From Eledone cirrhosa (lineage: Eukaryota), in assembly GCA_964016885.1 (NCBI GenBank), contig CAXHJY010000949.1:71001-135000 (forward strand): a DNA stretch of 64,000 nucleotides. Reading direction: 5' to 3'. Both the position numbers and the translations under genes were made by a program. Shown piece by piece: positions 1 to 13,883 of this stretch; within the stretch, counting starts at the first letter, position 1; the number at the start of each line of letters is the position of its first letter. The notes beneath the pieces were generated by a model, which saw only the letters and a list, made by a program, of their open reading frames with translations, searched no databases and was not told the origin of the DNA.

Positions 1-142
1 TGGTGGTCATGATGATGATGATGATGATGATTATAGTAGGCTTACTACCTCCTTCATCTTGATATTCACCATCACCATTACTATTTATCCTCTTTCAACA
101 TTTCCTATCTCATGTTTTCTTGTTGACTTTATTGTTACTGCC

Positions 143-265
143 AATGTTGCTGCTGCTAATCTTGTTGCTGTTAATGTTGATGCTGCTAATGTTGCTGCTG
201 CTAATGTTGCTGCTGCTAATGTTGCTGCTGCTAATGTTGCTGCTGCTAATGTTGCTGCTGCTGCA
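143..265. repeat. 15-bp minisatellite (AATGTTGCTGCTGCT)n
   Basis: Directly visible tandem unit; explains the NVAAA/AATLA ORFs. Confidence 0.9.
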
Positions 266-414
266 ACAGTCTTAAGCTGCATGGACAAATTTTATAACAC
301 TCAGTGATTGGAAGGAGTACTTTTGTCAAAACAACCATTGGTTTCATAGACACACTCACAAGCATACACACATATACATACACATACATATATGTGTGAA
401 TGTATTTATGTATG

Positions 415-598
415 TAAATATATATACATATGTATATATATATATTTATATATATATATATAAATATATTTGTATATATATATATATGTATATATATATA
501 TAAATATATTTGTATATATATATATATATATATATAAATGTATTTGTATATATATATATATAAATGTATTTGTATATATATATATATAAATGTATTTG

Positions 599-631
<33 letters not shown>

Positions 632-780
632 GTACATGTATTTGTATATATATATATATATTTATATATATGTACATGTATTTGTATATATATATATATA
701 TATTTATATATATGTACATCATCATCATCATCATCATCATCTAACGTCCATTTTCCACGCTAGCACGGTACATGTATTTG

Positions 781-812
<32 letters not shown>

Positions 813-856
813 CACATATATATTTATATGTATATATGTATATGCCCATATATACG

Positions 857-885
<29 letters not shown>
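415..885. repeat. Interrupted (TA)n microsatellite containing a short RTE 3'-tail remnant (718-768, minus strand)
   Basis: (TA)n with TTTG/CATG interruptions; (CAT)n-CTAACGTCCATTTTCCACGCTAGCA matches the RTE tails at 20777 and 34081. Confidence 0.85.
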
Positions 886-888
<3 letters not shown>

Positions 889-1134
889 TACACCTGTACA
901 TTTCGCTTTACTAAAGTACAAAGATTTGAAATTTTTCCTCTTCCTTTTTTTCCCCATTTTTATTATTATCTGTATCATTATTATTAGTGTTGTTAGTGTT
1001 GTTGTTAGTGTTGTTCTATTTATTTATCCTGTTTAGCAGATTATTTTAAATAGACATGTCTTGCAAAAGGGATTATCTTCTTAGGTTTGCAATAATTGCT
1101 TTTAAACATGGGTTCATGTTTCCCTTAGAATGCA

Positions 1135-2039
1135 ACAACAGCAGCAACAACACCAACCACCATCACCACCACCACCACTCAGAATACCTTCAACTGCACC
1201 ACCACAACCAATAACACAACCACCAATAACACCCCCATCACCACCACTACCACTACCACCAACTCCACTATCAATACCACCACCAACACTACTATAACAA
1301 ATAACACCAACACCACTACCAGGACCAATAACCCATCACCGTCATCAACACCACCACCACCATTAACACCACCACCATCAATAACATCATCATCAACAAT
1401 AACACCACCATCAACAACACCACCATCATTAACCCCACCAATAACACCACCACCACCATTAACCTCACTAATAAAACCACCACCACCACCAATAACTCTA
1501 TATCCAATAACCCCACCACCACCTCCACCACCAATAACCCCATCTCCAATAACACCACCATCACTACCACGACAACCACCACCATCAACAACACCACCAC
1601 CATTAACCCCACCAATAACAACACCACCACCACCAATAACTCCATATCCAATAACCCCACCACCATCACCACCAATAACTCCATCTCCAATAACACCACC
1701 ATCACTACCACGACAACCACCACCAGCAAGCCAACACCACCAATAACTCCACCACCAACAATACCATCAACACCACCAACAATACCAACAACTCCACCAC
1801 CACCACCAACAATACCATCAAACCACCACCAACACCACCAATAACTCCACCACCAACACTACCAACAACTCCACCACCACCTCCAACAATACCATCAAAC
1901 CACCACCAACACTACCAACAACTCCACCACCACCACCAACACCACCACCACCACCACCAACAATACCATCAACACCACCACCACCACCACCAACAACACC
2001 ACCACCACCACCACCAACAACAATACCAGCAACACCACC

Positions 2040-2070
<31 letters not shown>

Positions 2071-2399
2071 CCACCACCAACACCACCAATAACTCCACCA
2101 CCAACACTACCAACAACTCCACCACCACCACCAACACCACCACCACCACCACCACCAACAATACCATCAACACCACCACCACCACCACCACCAACAACAA
2201 TACCATCAACACCACCACCACCACCACCAACAACAACAACACCACCACCAACACCACCAATAACTCCACCACCAACAATACCATCAACACCACCAACACC
2301 ACCACCAACAACAACAACAACAATACCACCACCACCACCACCACCACCACCAATAATTCCAACACCTACAATAACAACAACAATACCAGCAACACCACC

Positions 2400-2430
<31 letters not shown>

Positions 2431-2556
2431 CCACCACCAACACCACCAATAACTCCACCACCAACAATACCATCAACACCACCAACACCACCACCAACAA
2501 CAACAACAACAATACCACCACCGCCACCAATAATTCCAACACCTACAATAACAACA
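1135..2556. repeat. Low-complexity (CAC/CAA)n trinucleotide-derived tract
   Basis: Composition; poly-V/L ORFs on the minus strand are artefacts. Confidence 0.9.
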
Positions 2557-3143
2557 GCAATGAGCAGAAGAAGCTGAGGAGAGATGCAAGTTTCGACAGG
2601 CCGTCAATAAAAACTGATGTACTTATACATTCCACTGTTTTACTTAGATTTGCAGTCCTTCTTATGGAGAAATATATATATATATGTATATATGTATATA
2701 TGTATATATATATATATATATAATGCACATTTGCAGCACACTCAAGAGTTGGCAATCAATATATATCTACTCATATATATATGTGTGTGTATATATATAT
2801 ATGTACCTATGCATATAATGTATACATACATATACCCAAACATCTATACACATGCATTCACACACATACACTCATATATATATATATATATATATATGTA
2901 CAGAACACACATTAACAGAAGACTATATAGGCTATAGTAATAGTATAGTAATGTCAATATATCTATTGTTTAGTATTAATATTGGTTTTATGACCATGTT
3001 TCACGTTATGTTAATTCAATAGTGATGTATATTGCTAGTTTATGTATGTTTTATAAGGACAGTGTTCATGTTACAACCTCACTAGAACACTTAAACACGT
3101 GTAGCTAATTTAGAAGAGGGTCCTTGTAATCTGAGTGGTACTC

Positions 3144-4170
3144 TGGTATAAACAGCATTGTTAGCCCACCATAGGGCCACTGAGGTATAAACAACACTGT
3201 TAGCCCACCATAGGGCCACTGAGGTATAAACAACACTGTTAGGCCACCATAGGGCCACTGTGGTATAAACAACACTGTTAACCCACCATAGGGCCACTCT
3301 GGTATAAACAACACTGTTAGCCCACCATAGGGCCACTGAGGTATAAACAACACTGTTAACCCACAATAGGGCCACTCTGGTATAAACAACACTGTTAACC
3401 CACCATAGGGCCACTGAGGTATAAACAACACTGTTAGCCCACCATAGGACCACTGAGGTATAAACAACACTGTTAGCCCACCATAGGACCACTGAGGTAT
3501 AAACAACACTGTTAACCCACCATAGGACCACTGAGGTATAAACAACACTGTTAACCCACCATAGGGCCACTGAGGTATAAACAACACTGTTAGCCCACCA
3601 TAGGGCCACTGAGGTATAAACAACACTGTTAGCCCACCATAGGGCCACTCTGGTATAAACAACACTGTTAGTCCACCATAGGGCCACTGAGGTATAAACA
3701 ACACTGTTAGCCCACCATAGGGCCACTGAGGTATAAACAACACTGTTAGGCCACCATAGGGCCACTGTGGTATAAACAACACTGTTAACCCACCATAGGG
3801 CCACTCTGGTATAAACAACACTGTTAGCCCACCATAGGGCCACTGAGGTATAAACAACACTGTTAACCCACCATAGGGCCACTCTGGTATAAACAACACT
3901 GTTAACCCACCATAGGGCCACTGAGGTATAAACAACACTGTTAGCCCACCATAGGACCACTGAGGTATAAACAACACTGTTAGCCCACCATAGGGCTACT
4001 GTGGTATAAACAATACTTTGTTAACCCATCATAATGCTACAGGAGTATAAAAAACACTGTTAGTCCATTGTAGGTTTACTGTGGTATAAACAACACAAGA
4101 TTACTGTGGTATAAACACTATGTTAGCCCATCATACTGGCATTGTGGTATAAAGAAAATTATATTAACCC
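3144..4170. repeat. 39-bp minisatellite, about 22 good copies plus degenerate ones
   Basis: Unit GGTATAAACAACACTGTTAGCCCACCATAGGGCCACTGA; 13-aa periodicity in the ORF track. Confidence 0.95.
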
Positions 4171-4276
4171 ATCATAGACATGTTTCCGAGTTCGATGTTG
4201 TCAGTGTTTATATTTCAATCTCAAGTTGTTGATAGACTCTCTCTCTCTCTCTCTCTCTAATATATATATATATATA

Positions 4277-4736
<460 letters not shown>

Positions 4737-4755
4737 GAGAGAGAGAGAGAGAATA

Positions 4756-5080
4756 GGAGGCACATGGCTTAGTGGTTAGAGCATCGGGCTTGAAATAGAA
4801 AGGTTGTGAGTTCAATTCTCAGACCGGGTGATGTGTTGTGTCCTTGAGCAAGACACTTTATTTCACATTGCTCCAGTTTACTCACCTGTAGAAATGAGAT
4901 GATAGGGACTGGGGTCCATATCATTCCACTGCAAAGTGGTCGTGGAGGTGCCACGGCAAAAAAGCACCCAGCACTCACTGTAAATGAGGTTGGTGTTAGG
5001 AAGGGCATCCAGCTGTAGAAATCAAGCCAGAATCAGTTCCCGTCCCACCCTTGCAAGCAGGGAAAAGTGGACGTAAAAGA

Positions 5081-5084
<4 letters not shown>
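4756..5084 (+). mobile_element. tRNA-derived SINE with CORE-like central domain and RTE-derived 3' tail
   Basis: A box TGGCTTAGTGG, B box GAGTTCAATTCTC, core TGTGTCCTTGAGCAAGACACTT; tail shared with the RTE 3'UTR at 30258-30530. Confidence 0.85.
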
Positions 5085-5111
<27 letters not shown>

Positions 5112-5114
<3 letters not shown>

Positions 5115-5545
5115 AAAGTTATATTTAAATTGTTGGGTTAACAACGAGTAAATATTTATAACTGATATAAAAGCACTCAACAAGTATTTGGAGTATATTT
5201 ATGATATTAAATAAATGGAAACTATATTTATAAAACCATATTTATTTCGTTATATATATTTCAGGGATATCATATTAACAATATGTTATGCCTTCTTCAG
5301 ACAAAATACAATATAAACAGTCTTATAAATAAATAGATACGACATACCTTTCAATCACCTTGCATTTGCCAAATCAACCTCCCAAATGCAAGGTGATTGA
5401 AAGGTATGTCGTATCTATTTATTTATAAGACTGTTTATATTGTATTTTGTCTGAAGACGGCATAACATATTGTTAATATGATATCCCTGAAATATATATA
5501 ACGAAATAAATATGGTTTTATAAATATAGTTTCCATTTATTTAAT

Positions 5546-5551
<6 letters not shown>
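5112..5551. mobile_element. Foldback element (169-bp arms 5200-5368 and 5383-5551), Penelope pLTR-like
   Basis: Near-perfect inverted repeat with a 14-nt loop, (TA)n on both sides. Confidence 0.8.
5443..5508 (+). ncRNA. Minimal type I hammerhead ribozyme motif (mirror copy on the minus strand at about 5243-5308)
   Basis: Stem I TATTTTGT/ACGAAATA, core CTGAAGA, stem II (A/C)GG..CCT, GAAA, palindromic TATATA, UA cleavage site. Confidence 0.75.
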
Positions 5552-5580
<29 letters not shown>

Positions 5581-5585
<5 letters not shown>

Positions 5586-5769
5586 AACGAGTAGGACCCC
5601 GACGGCTGAGCTCAAGCCGTTCTGGACTAAAATGTCCAGAATTAGCCATCGAAACGGCTTGAGCTCAGCCGTCGGGTCCTACTCATTCCTATTACCCACT
5701 CTACTACCCTAAGTATTGAGTACTTTGGTGCGTTATGGTCCATCTGGTTCCTTACCACATTTCCTTCGT

Positions 5770-5771
<2 letters not shown>
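5581..5771. mobile_element. Foldback element, family B copy 1 (3' half of an HHR)
   Basis: Inverted repeat about 5581-5692 plus a unique tail; GAAAC-GGCT..AGCC-GTC; homologous to 6996-7192; (TA)n flanks. Confidence 0.7.
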
Positions 5772-5802
<31 letters not shown>

Positions 5803-5805
5803 ATA

Positions 5806-5870
<65 letters not shown>

Positions 5871-6013
5871 TTTCTGAATTTGTTTAGCAAGATTCTTTAT
5901 CTGAAAACGTTATATATATATAATAAACAACACAATATAATTAATCCATTACCCAAGGTTTCACGAAGTTAGACGATTTTTAGAATTGTCTAACTTTTTC
6001 TATGGATATACTT

Positions 6014-6069
<56 letters not shown>

Positions 6070-6957
6070 AAAATTATTTTAAAAAGTGTTTGAAAAGTGC
6101 ACCTGGTATATATATATATATAAAAATGATCTTTACAACATGCAAACAATTACTGTTAGCAAAGCCTGCCTTCTCCGTCTTGGATCATCAAAACATTTAT
6201 TAGATTAAATTGTTTTTTCCTTAAAATTCCTGTATACTGATTCTCAACCACATTGGTTTGGGTCGTTTCTGTGGTGGTTGTAGTGGTAGTGGTGGCGGTG
6301 GTGTGGTGGTGGTGGTGGTGGTGTAGTTCTGCAACACCAGACATATTTCGGAAAATTTGACAACTGGCTGAAAGAATTATATCTTATTGTTCATCATATT
6401 CAACTTTTTCCACTTTAGCATTGTTTTTGATAAATACACTTCATGTAAAGTTATAAAGTTACCACCGCCATCACCACCACCACTACTACTACTACTACAA
6501 TTAGTAAAATTCAGCTGAGTATGTCTATCTATGAGATGTCTGATGTGTGCTGTCTGGGAAACAATTTAAATGACTAGTTTGTGTTGGTATATCAGTGATG
6601 GAGAACTAGAGTAATAATATGGTAGTAAATAGACTACTATGAGATAGACTCATGCCACCACCACCAACAATAACAACAACAACACTGCCACCACTACCAC
6701 CAACACTGCCATCACCACCCCTACTAACGATACCACCGCCAACACTACCATACTCACTGCCATCACCAGCCCTACTAACGATACCACCACCAACACTGCC
6801 ATAACAATAACAAACAACAATAACACATACCCAACACCACCACCATCATTACTACCACCACCACCACCATACATATGATAGGTCTAGCTGTCTATTGGAG
6901 CCAGTGAGTGCCAGTTTAGCAATCTATATCAACTGTAGTGTTAGATAGATATGACAG

Positions 6958-6995
<38 letters not shown>

Positions 6996-7000
<5 letters not shown>

Positions 7001-7190
7001 AAAAAGTATGACCCCGACGGCAGGGCTCAAGCCGTTTCGACGGCTATTTCTGGACTCCAGAAATAGCCGTCGAAACGGCTTGAGCTCTGCCGTCGGGGTC
7101 ATACTTTTTCCTATTTCCCACTCTACTACCCTAAGTATTGAGTACTCTGGTGCGTTATGGTCCATCTGGTTCCTTGCCACAACTCCTTTG

Positions 7191-7192
<2 letters not shown>
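6996..7192. mobile_element. Foldback element, family B copy 2
   Basis: Near-perfect palindrome 6996-7114 centred at 7055, same ends as the 5581 copy, (TA)n flanks. Confidence 0.75.
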
Positions 7193-7240
<48 letters not shown>

Positions 7241-7316
7241 CGAGAGAGAAAGAGAGAGAGATAACAGATAGATAGATATTACAGTTATATACATACATAT
7301 CATCATCATTATGAGC

Positions 7317-7363
<47 letters not shown>

Positions 7364-8413
7364 TAACAGATAGATAGAATCACATATAGACAGACAGACA
7401 GATAGATAGATAAACAGACAGACACACACACAGACAGACAGGCAGACAGATAGATATAAGTACTTACATTGTTTATTTATGATGAGAGTTCATCATAAAA
7501 TGACTTCTTCTTCCGTCACTGGCACTTATATTTTTACTTGACATCATCAAATTGATTGGGTCTGTTTCTGTTTTCTGGACTTAAAATTTCAGCAGATTAT
7601 GGCAGCGGGGTGGTGCAGAGCAGGGTGGGTGTTAAGCTGGTATGTTTGTTTGAAAGACTAGATTACATTGTAAATATAGAGGAGGAAGCATAGAAGAGAT
7701 AGTGGGGTGAAAGTTAAGATGAAGACGTAGAACAAGGAGGAGATGGTAGGAGGAAGAAGTTGAATAAGGCATAGAAGAAGGAAAATATGTAGGAGGAGGG
7801 GGAGGACAGTGACAACAATAACAACAGCAATATTAATATCTCCATTCATTAGAAAACGAATATATTTGCACGAGTTGACTTCTCAAGGAGACATCAGATG
7901 TAAATAAATGCCAAGTCAGAATTGAAATGGTAAAAATGACAGCTTTGTCTCATAAACTGTTGAAAACTGAGTAGAAATTGTGCAATTTAGGTTCTTGTTT
8001 GTTACTATTAGAATGGTATGGTTTGGACCTGTAACTCATGATGGAGTCATAGCGGCGCCATATTGATATACAGTGTTTCTTAGGGTATTTTTAAAATCTG
8101 GCAGAGCCCATCTCTTCTTCAGATTTCAATACAGTAGACTTCTTCCAGAGAAAGTTAGGGAGTGAGAGAGAGGAAGTGCAAAAGAGATATAGAGGAAGAA
8201 TTCACCCAGTACTAGCCTGGTATTTTTTTTATTGACCTTCAATGGATGAAAGGCAAACATAACCTTATCACGATTTGAACAAAGAGAGCAGAAAGCCAGA
8301 ACAAATACCTCAAAGCATTCTATCTGACATTCTACAGACTCTGCCAATTCACTGCCTTTACAATTAGAATATGAAATCTTAATACAGAGAATATAGCCAC
8401 ATAATTTAATTAA

Positions 8414-8847
8414 CCCTGTCATTACCATATTTCTTATGAAAGACACCGTCTATGATTTTTCAAAATAATTTTGAAAATAATCAAGAATTTTAATAAATTT
8501 CATAATATAACTAGCATTCTTGTTATTAATCTGGTGTTTGGAACTTAAAGATTCTTACATAAAATGATGGATGGATTTATCATCATCATTTTTATCTCCA
8601 TATTTCCATGCTTACATGGAATGGATGTGTTCTTTTCAGCACAGCATCTCTCCACACATCGCATTCCTTCATCATCTCCTCTGTGAGTTTCAGCAATTTG
8701 AGATCAGCTCTCACCACGTCCACCTAGATCATCCTTGGGCTACCTTTACTGCAGCTTCCTACCACTGGGATTTCCTGGCACTCTAAAATAAACAGTTCTA
8801 TATTATTGAACCATGGTTTTTTTTCAAATGGTTTGGTATCAAATGGG
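8414..8847. mobile_element. Degenerate TTAA-flanked MITE (piggyBac-type) interrupted by an RTE 3' remnant (8578-8785)
   Basis: TTAA-CCCTGTCATTACCA ... TGGTATCAAATGGG-TTAA; similar ends near 41113 and 45098. Confidence 0.5.
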
Positions 8848-10315
8848 TTAAGTTTGGAGATGGAAGACATAATGGATTTAAATTGAAATCCTTATTTGAC
8901 TGATACTTATAGTTGCTTACATACATTCCTGCACACTAGAGTGCACTGAGTGCATTTTCTTGTGACTCCAACACTATGGAAGTTGTCATATCTTTGACAC
9001 TGCTGAAGAGTCTTCCAAAACCTTTGCTTGGTAGGATTTCCTCAGCTAGATACACTTCCTATCACCAACCTCTTTATAGAGTATACTAGCTACAAATTAT
9101 TGTGGTACCAGCACTAGGGAATTCCTCTCAGCCCTTTGTTTGATAGGGTATTTTTACAGCTGGATGACATTCCTATCACCAACCTCTTCACAGAAAGTAC
9201 TGGATGTATTTTGTGTCTACATGGACACTAGAGAGGTTGCCATGCCCTTAACACAAATGCAGAATTTTCTCGAGTCCTTTTTGGCATGGTTTCTACAATT
9301 CAGTACCCTTCTTATCAACAACCACTCTACAGAGTGTGTTGGCTGTATATTTCATGGTACTAATGTTAAGGTGGTTGCCATATCTTTGACACTGAAGAAC
9401 CCGTTTGACCCTTTCTTTGATGCTTTATAGTATATTATATAAACCCTAGAGTTTGCCTGATATGTTATTTCACTGACTCTGCAAGGTTGAATGGCAAATT
9501 TGACCTGAAGAGGATATCTGACGTCAGAATGTAAAGGGCCATTGATAAACAGTGCAGACATTTTGTCTGACATAGCATTTCTGCCAATCCACCACCTGAA
9601 TCAGTGAGGATGGCATGGCAAGTACTTTTGAAAGTTCTCCATGTCAGTAGAAGCTTTCAGAATTTGGTAAGAATTTGGAAACATTACAATAGTTTTAGGT
9701 TTTTATTTTGTTTTGTTTTGTTTAGCTGTGGTGTGTTTTGTTTTTATTTTTCTCTCAGCATCATTTTAGCTGGCTTTCATTCTGTTTATAACTGTCCTCT
9801 AACTACTTTGTATTAATGCAACATTGCAAATTTACTAGACTTCAGGTCATGAGATCAAATTCTTTATTAGAACCAGTGAAAATATCAAATCAACATTAAT
9901 GATTCTCTCTCTATCTTCCTCTCTATCCCCCTCTTCCTCTCTCTTTCTTTCACACACACACACACACATGCACACATAGATATAAATATGCATGCACACA
10001 TGAATATAGACACACATGCACATGTCTATATAGATGCACACAGATGTAACACAAAGCTTATGCTTAAAGACACATAAAGTGTAGAGTTAGAATTATCAGG
10101 AGTTGTAGAGAGGGCAGAGTGCTAAACTAAATACTGTATAGTATATAGTAATATTTCTTCTATTCTCATTTCAAATATGGCCTAGATCGATAAACATAGA
10201 ATGAATACTGGTTACATTATTAAAATGAATGGACCAAACACATATCTTCCCCAGCATTTTTGGCCATGTATCTATATTTATATATCATCATCATCATTAT
10301 TATCATTATAGGTTT

Positions 10316-10585
10316 ATGGCCCTTTCCATTCTGAGTTCAAATCCCGCCGAGGTCAACTTTGCCTTTCATCCTTACGGGGTCAATAAAATAAAGTACCAGT
10401 AATGTACTGGGTAATTGCTGGCCTTGTGCCAAAAGTAGAAACAATTATCATTATAGGTTAGCTTTGCCTTTCATCCTTACGAGGTCGATAAAATAAAGTA
10501 CCAGTAATACACTGGTGTCAATTTAATCAACTTTCCATTTCCCCCAAAATTGTTGGCATTGTGCCTAAAGTACAAATCATTATTA
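10316..10585 (+). mobile_element. Two tandem truncated SINEs of the second (Meta-domain-like) family
   Basis: B box GAGTTCAAATCCC then GCCTTTCATCCTTACGGGGTC(G/A)ATAAAATAAAGTACCAG, (ATT)n tail. Confidence 0.8.
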
Positions 10586-10895
10586 TTTTTTTTTTATGTA
10601 CTGTTATTGGATTGCTGAGCACAGCTATATGTGCCTTGGGTGTGTGCTGTATATGGTGTTGTATGTGCTCTATATGGAGGCTGAATGCTGAGTAAATGCT
10701 GAAGTGCTAGGTGATGTAGTGGAAGGAAGCTGCAGTAGAGGAAGACAGAAAAATTTGAGCAAATATGGTAATAGCTGATGTCAAATTGCTGAACCTCACA
10801 AAGGAAATGTCAAAAGACTGCAGCAAATGGAGGGGAGGTTGTACTAGAATGAACTCCTCCAATTAATGCCAAGAATGAAAAGCTGATGTAAGATA

Positions 10896-11045
10896 ATGGT
10901 TTCTGATTTAGACACATGGTCAACAATTTTCGGGGAGGGGAGAGTCGATTAAATCGACCCCCAGTGCATTGCTGGTACTTTATTTTATTGACTCAGTAAT
11001 GATGAAAGGCAAAGATGACCTCAGCAGAATTTGAATTCAGAACAA
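10896..11045 (-). mobile_element. Degenerate SINE, Meta-like family
   Basis: Reverse complement of the same central domain. Confidence 0.7.
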
Positions 11046-11764
11046 TAATGATTATTATGATTATCCTGATTATGATGATGATGATGTATGAATGTGTATG
11101 AATACTGCCTGAGTGCTGAATATAAGCATGGTCCATACAATATTTTTTTCCAAGCCTCTCAATCGACATAATTATTAAACCAGGCACCACTCCTTCCCTT
11201 CACAATTTAATATAAAAAAAATGATTTGCTCCATCAAAACTGAGAATGTCTGTGTTTTATAGCCTGATACCTCCCACTCAGTCTATCATGAGAAAAATCA
11301 ACTTAGAAATTGTCTATGTTAATATACAAACGCATTTTTTCTTTGCTATTACTTACATAATTTCTCATAATTTCTCATAATTATTCACTTAATTACATAT
11401 AATTTGGTAAAAATTTTACCCCCCCCCAAAAAAAAGCTGAAAGAAAATGCATTCCCTCATGCGCATCGTTTAGGAAATGTGCTATTGTAACCCTACCACA
11501 TTACTTCTACCCGTCCCACATTACTTCTACTCCTGCTAACTAGATGGGGTGGAGGATGGGAGTTAATCAATAATTAGACCCCTAACATCCTACACATAAA
11601 AGTAAAAACAAACACAACCAAAGTAGTCTTTCTAAAAGTGAGTTAATTATAGTTTGATTAATAGTTTAAACTTTAACCCTGTTACACTAAATCACCCACC
11701 CCGCCGCACCAAAAATTAAGCTACTATTAAGACTAAGTTATGATTGTTTCAAATTGACTTAGTT

Positions 11765-11767
<3 letters not shown>

Positions 11768-11860
<93 letters not shown>
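11768..11860. repeat. (CT)n microsatellite
   Basis: Direct. Confidence 0.95.
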
Positions 11861-11862
<2 letters not shown>

Positions 11863-12629
11863 GCAATGTTCACTGATGAAAGAGAAATATAAATATATTT
11901 TAACAAATGCTCACAATATTTGACAGAAGCACAGAAACACAGAACATTATACATGTCAGTCCACAGACATTGTCACTCTCCCATCACTTCTGGCAGCTAT
12001 AAATAGACTGCTGCTTGCAAGCTAAGGAAGAAAAGTGGAGAACCTTTAAACAACAAAGCATGAACTTCAAGCCAGTTTTTTTCATTATTGTCTCCTGTCA
12101 AAGGGTTTTTAGACCCAAAATATTAGGACAGCTAAATAAAATAACAGGTGACACTCCAACATCTTTTTTGCCTTTAATTTATTCTAAAATCTACCTTTCA
12201 TTTTGCATTGTCATAGCCTTCAAATAACGTATCACTTTATACACTAACACAATACTTCAAGCAAACTACAACACTTTATAAATAAATGGTATATATCTGT
12301 AACTCCTGAAAGAGTTGTAAGAGCACCGTATTGACACACAGCATTTCTAGGGCATATTTAAAACCTGGCAGAGCCCATCTTCTATCCAAGCCTGGGTATA
12401 ACATATTTCTTCCATAGAAGGATAGAGAGGAATTGAGACAGAAATATAGAGGAAGAATTGACCTCACTACATGACTGGTACATTTTAATGCAGAAATAAA
12501 AAGTAAAATACATAAGAATACATAGAAATAAATATATATTAACTCTTAATGTCCTGTACTACATGAAACTGCATTAGCTAAAAAATCTTAAAAAGAACAA
12601 AACAACACTATAACTGTATCCTATTAAAA

Positions 12630-13060
12630 ATTAAAGTTATTATCAATGAAAATTGTTTCAACAATTTGTCCACTAATTATGATTTTATAAACATTTGAAT
12701 TAACCATATGAAACCTCATTAATGAGACATTCTTGAAAGGTACAAAGAAGAACAATGACTGTATCACATTAATAATTAAAGTTATCAATATTACAAATTT
12801 TCCTAACAATCTGTCCACTAATAATATAAACATTTGAATTAACATATTATATGAAACCTCATTAACAAGACATTCTTGAAATGTACGATGATTAAAGTTG
12901 TTAATATTACAAATTTTCATAAGAATCTGTCCAATAGTCCATTAATATTAAACATTTGAATTAATAAACCACATAAAACCACATTAGTGAGACATTCTTG
13001 AAAAAAAACAGAAAACAGTAACACAACTGCATCACACAAGAAATTAAAGTCTTTATGTTA
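12630..13060. repeat. Degenerate direct repeat, 3 copies plus a partial copy, about 115-150 bp period
   Basis: Recurring ATTAAAGTT..TGTCCA..AAACATTTGAATTAA..GACATTCTTGAAA. Confidence 0.75.
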
Positions 13061-13883
13061 ATAGTTCAAATTTCCAGTCATCTGTCTCTCTAGTAAAGAT
13101 ACTATATACATTGGAATTAACAAATATGATTGGGTTGTGTGTTGTGTTCTTGTGCAAAACACTTCATTTCACATTTCTCCAGTATACTCAACTGAAAATA
13201 AATACCAGATGCAACCTTAGTATTACATTGACTACTCATGACTTTGGAATACTCAGCCACTCAAACCTTAATTTTATGAGTTGGAATACAGGGGATTGAA
13301 CAACTGAATGACCATCATCAAAACTAATGAAAAATCCACCACCACCACCTCCACAAACACCACCACCACCATTATCATCATCAGCACCACTGTTCACACC
13401 ACCACAGCCACTGCTTCCACTATCCCCACCCCCACCCTACCACCACCACATCTCACCCCACTCTCATCACTGATGGAGGAGGTGGGGATAGAGGTTGAGA
13501 TGGTGTGGTAATGGTTATAATGGTTGTGATAGGGTTTGAAATGGTGATGGCACTGGTGGTGATGGAAGAGGTTGAGGTGGTGATGGAGGTTGAGGTGGTG
13601 GTGATGATTTTGGTGATAGTGGTTGAGGAGGTGGTGGTGATGATAGTGGTTGATTCGGTGGTAGAGGTCATGATAGTGGTGGTAATGGTTGAGGTGGTGA
13701 TGGAGGTGGTGGTAGAGATGGTAGAGTATATAGTGGTAATGGTGGTGGTAGAGATTGAAGAGATGGTGGTCTGTGGTGTGTGGGGTGTGCCTTCTCTGTG
13801 AATGGAATGTAATAAATGGTAATCTTGAATCATTAGTGAAATTGTTCTAATTAACAAAAAACTCATCATATAAATACAACACT

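Noticed and set aside
3091-3977. CRISPR-like or repeat-protein interpretation of the 39-bp array
   Set aside because: No unique spacers, no cas genes, eukaryotic context
4756-4830. tRNA gene
   Set aside because: A and B boxes are present but continue into SINE core and tail; no complete cloverleaf
6150-6367. Candidate minus-strand exon (TCTTTCAG acceptor, ORF MSGVAELHHH..) and donor-like GTAAGT near 7467
   Set aside because: All frames hit stops before a donor and no protein similarity is recognisable; a non-coding or UTR exon cannot be excluded without RNA data
11990-12010. TATA box (CTATAAATAG) downstream of (CT)n
   Set aside because: Common by chance in AT-rich DNA; no supported downstream gene
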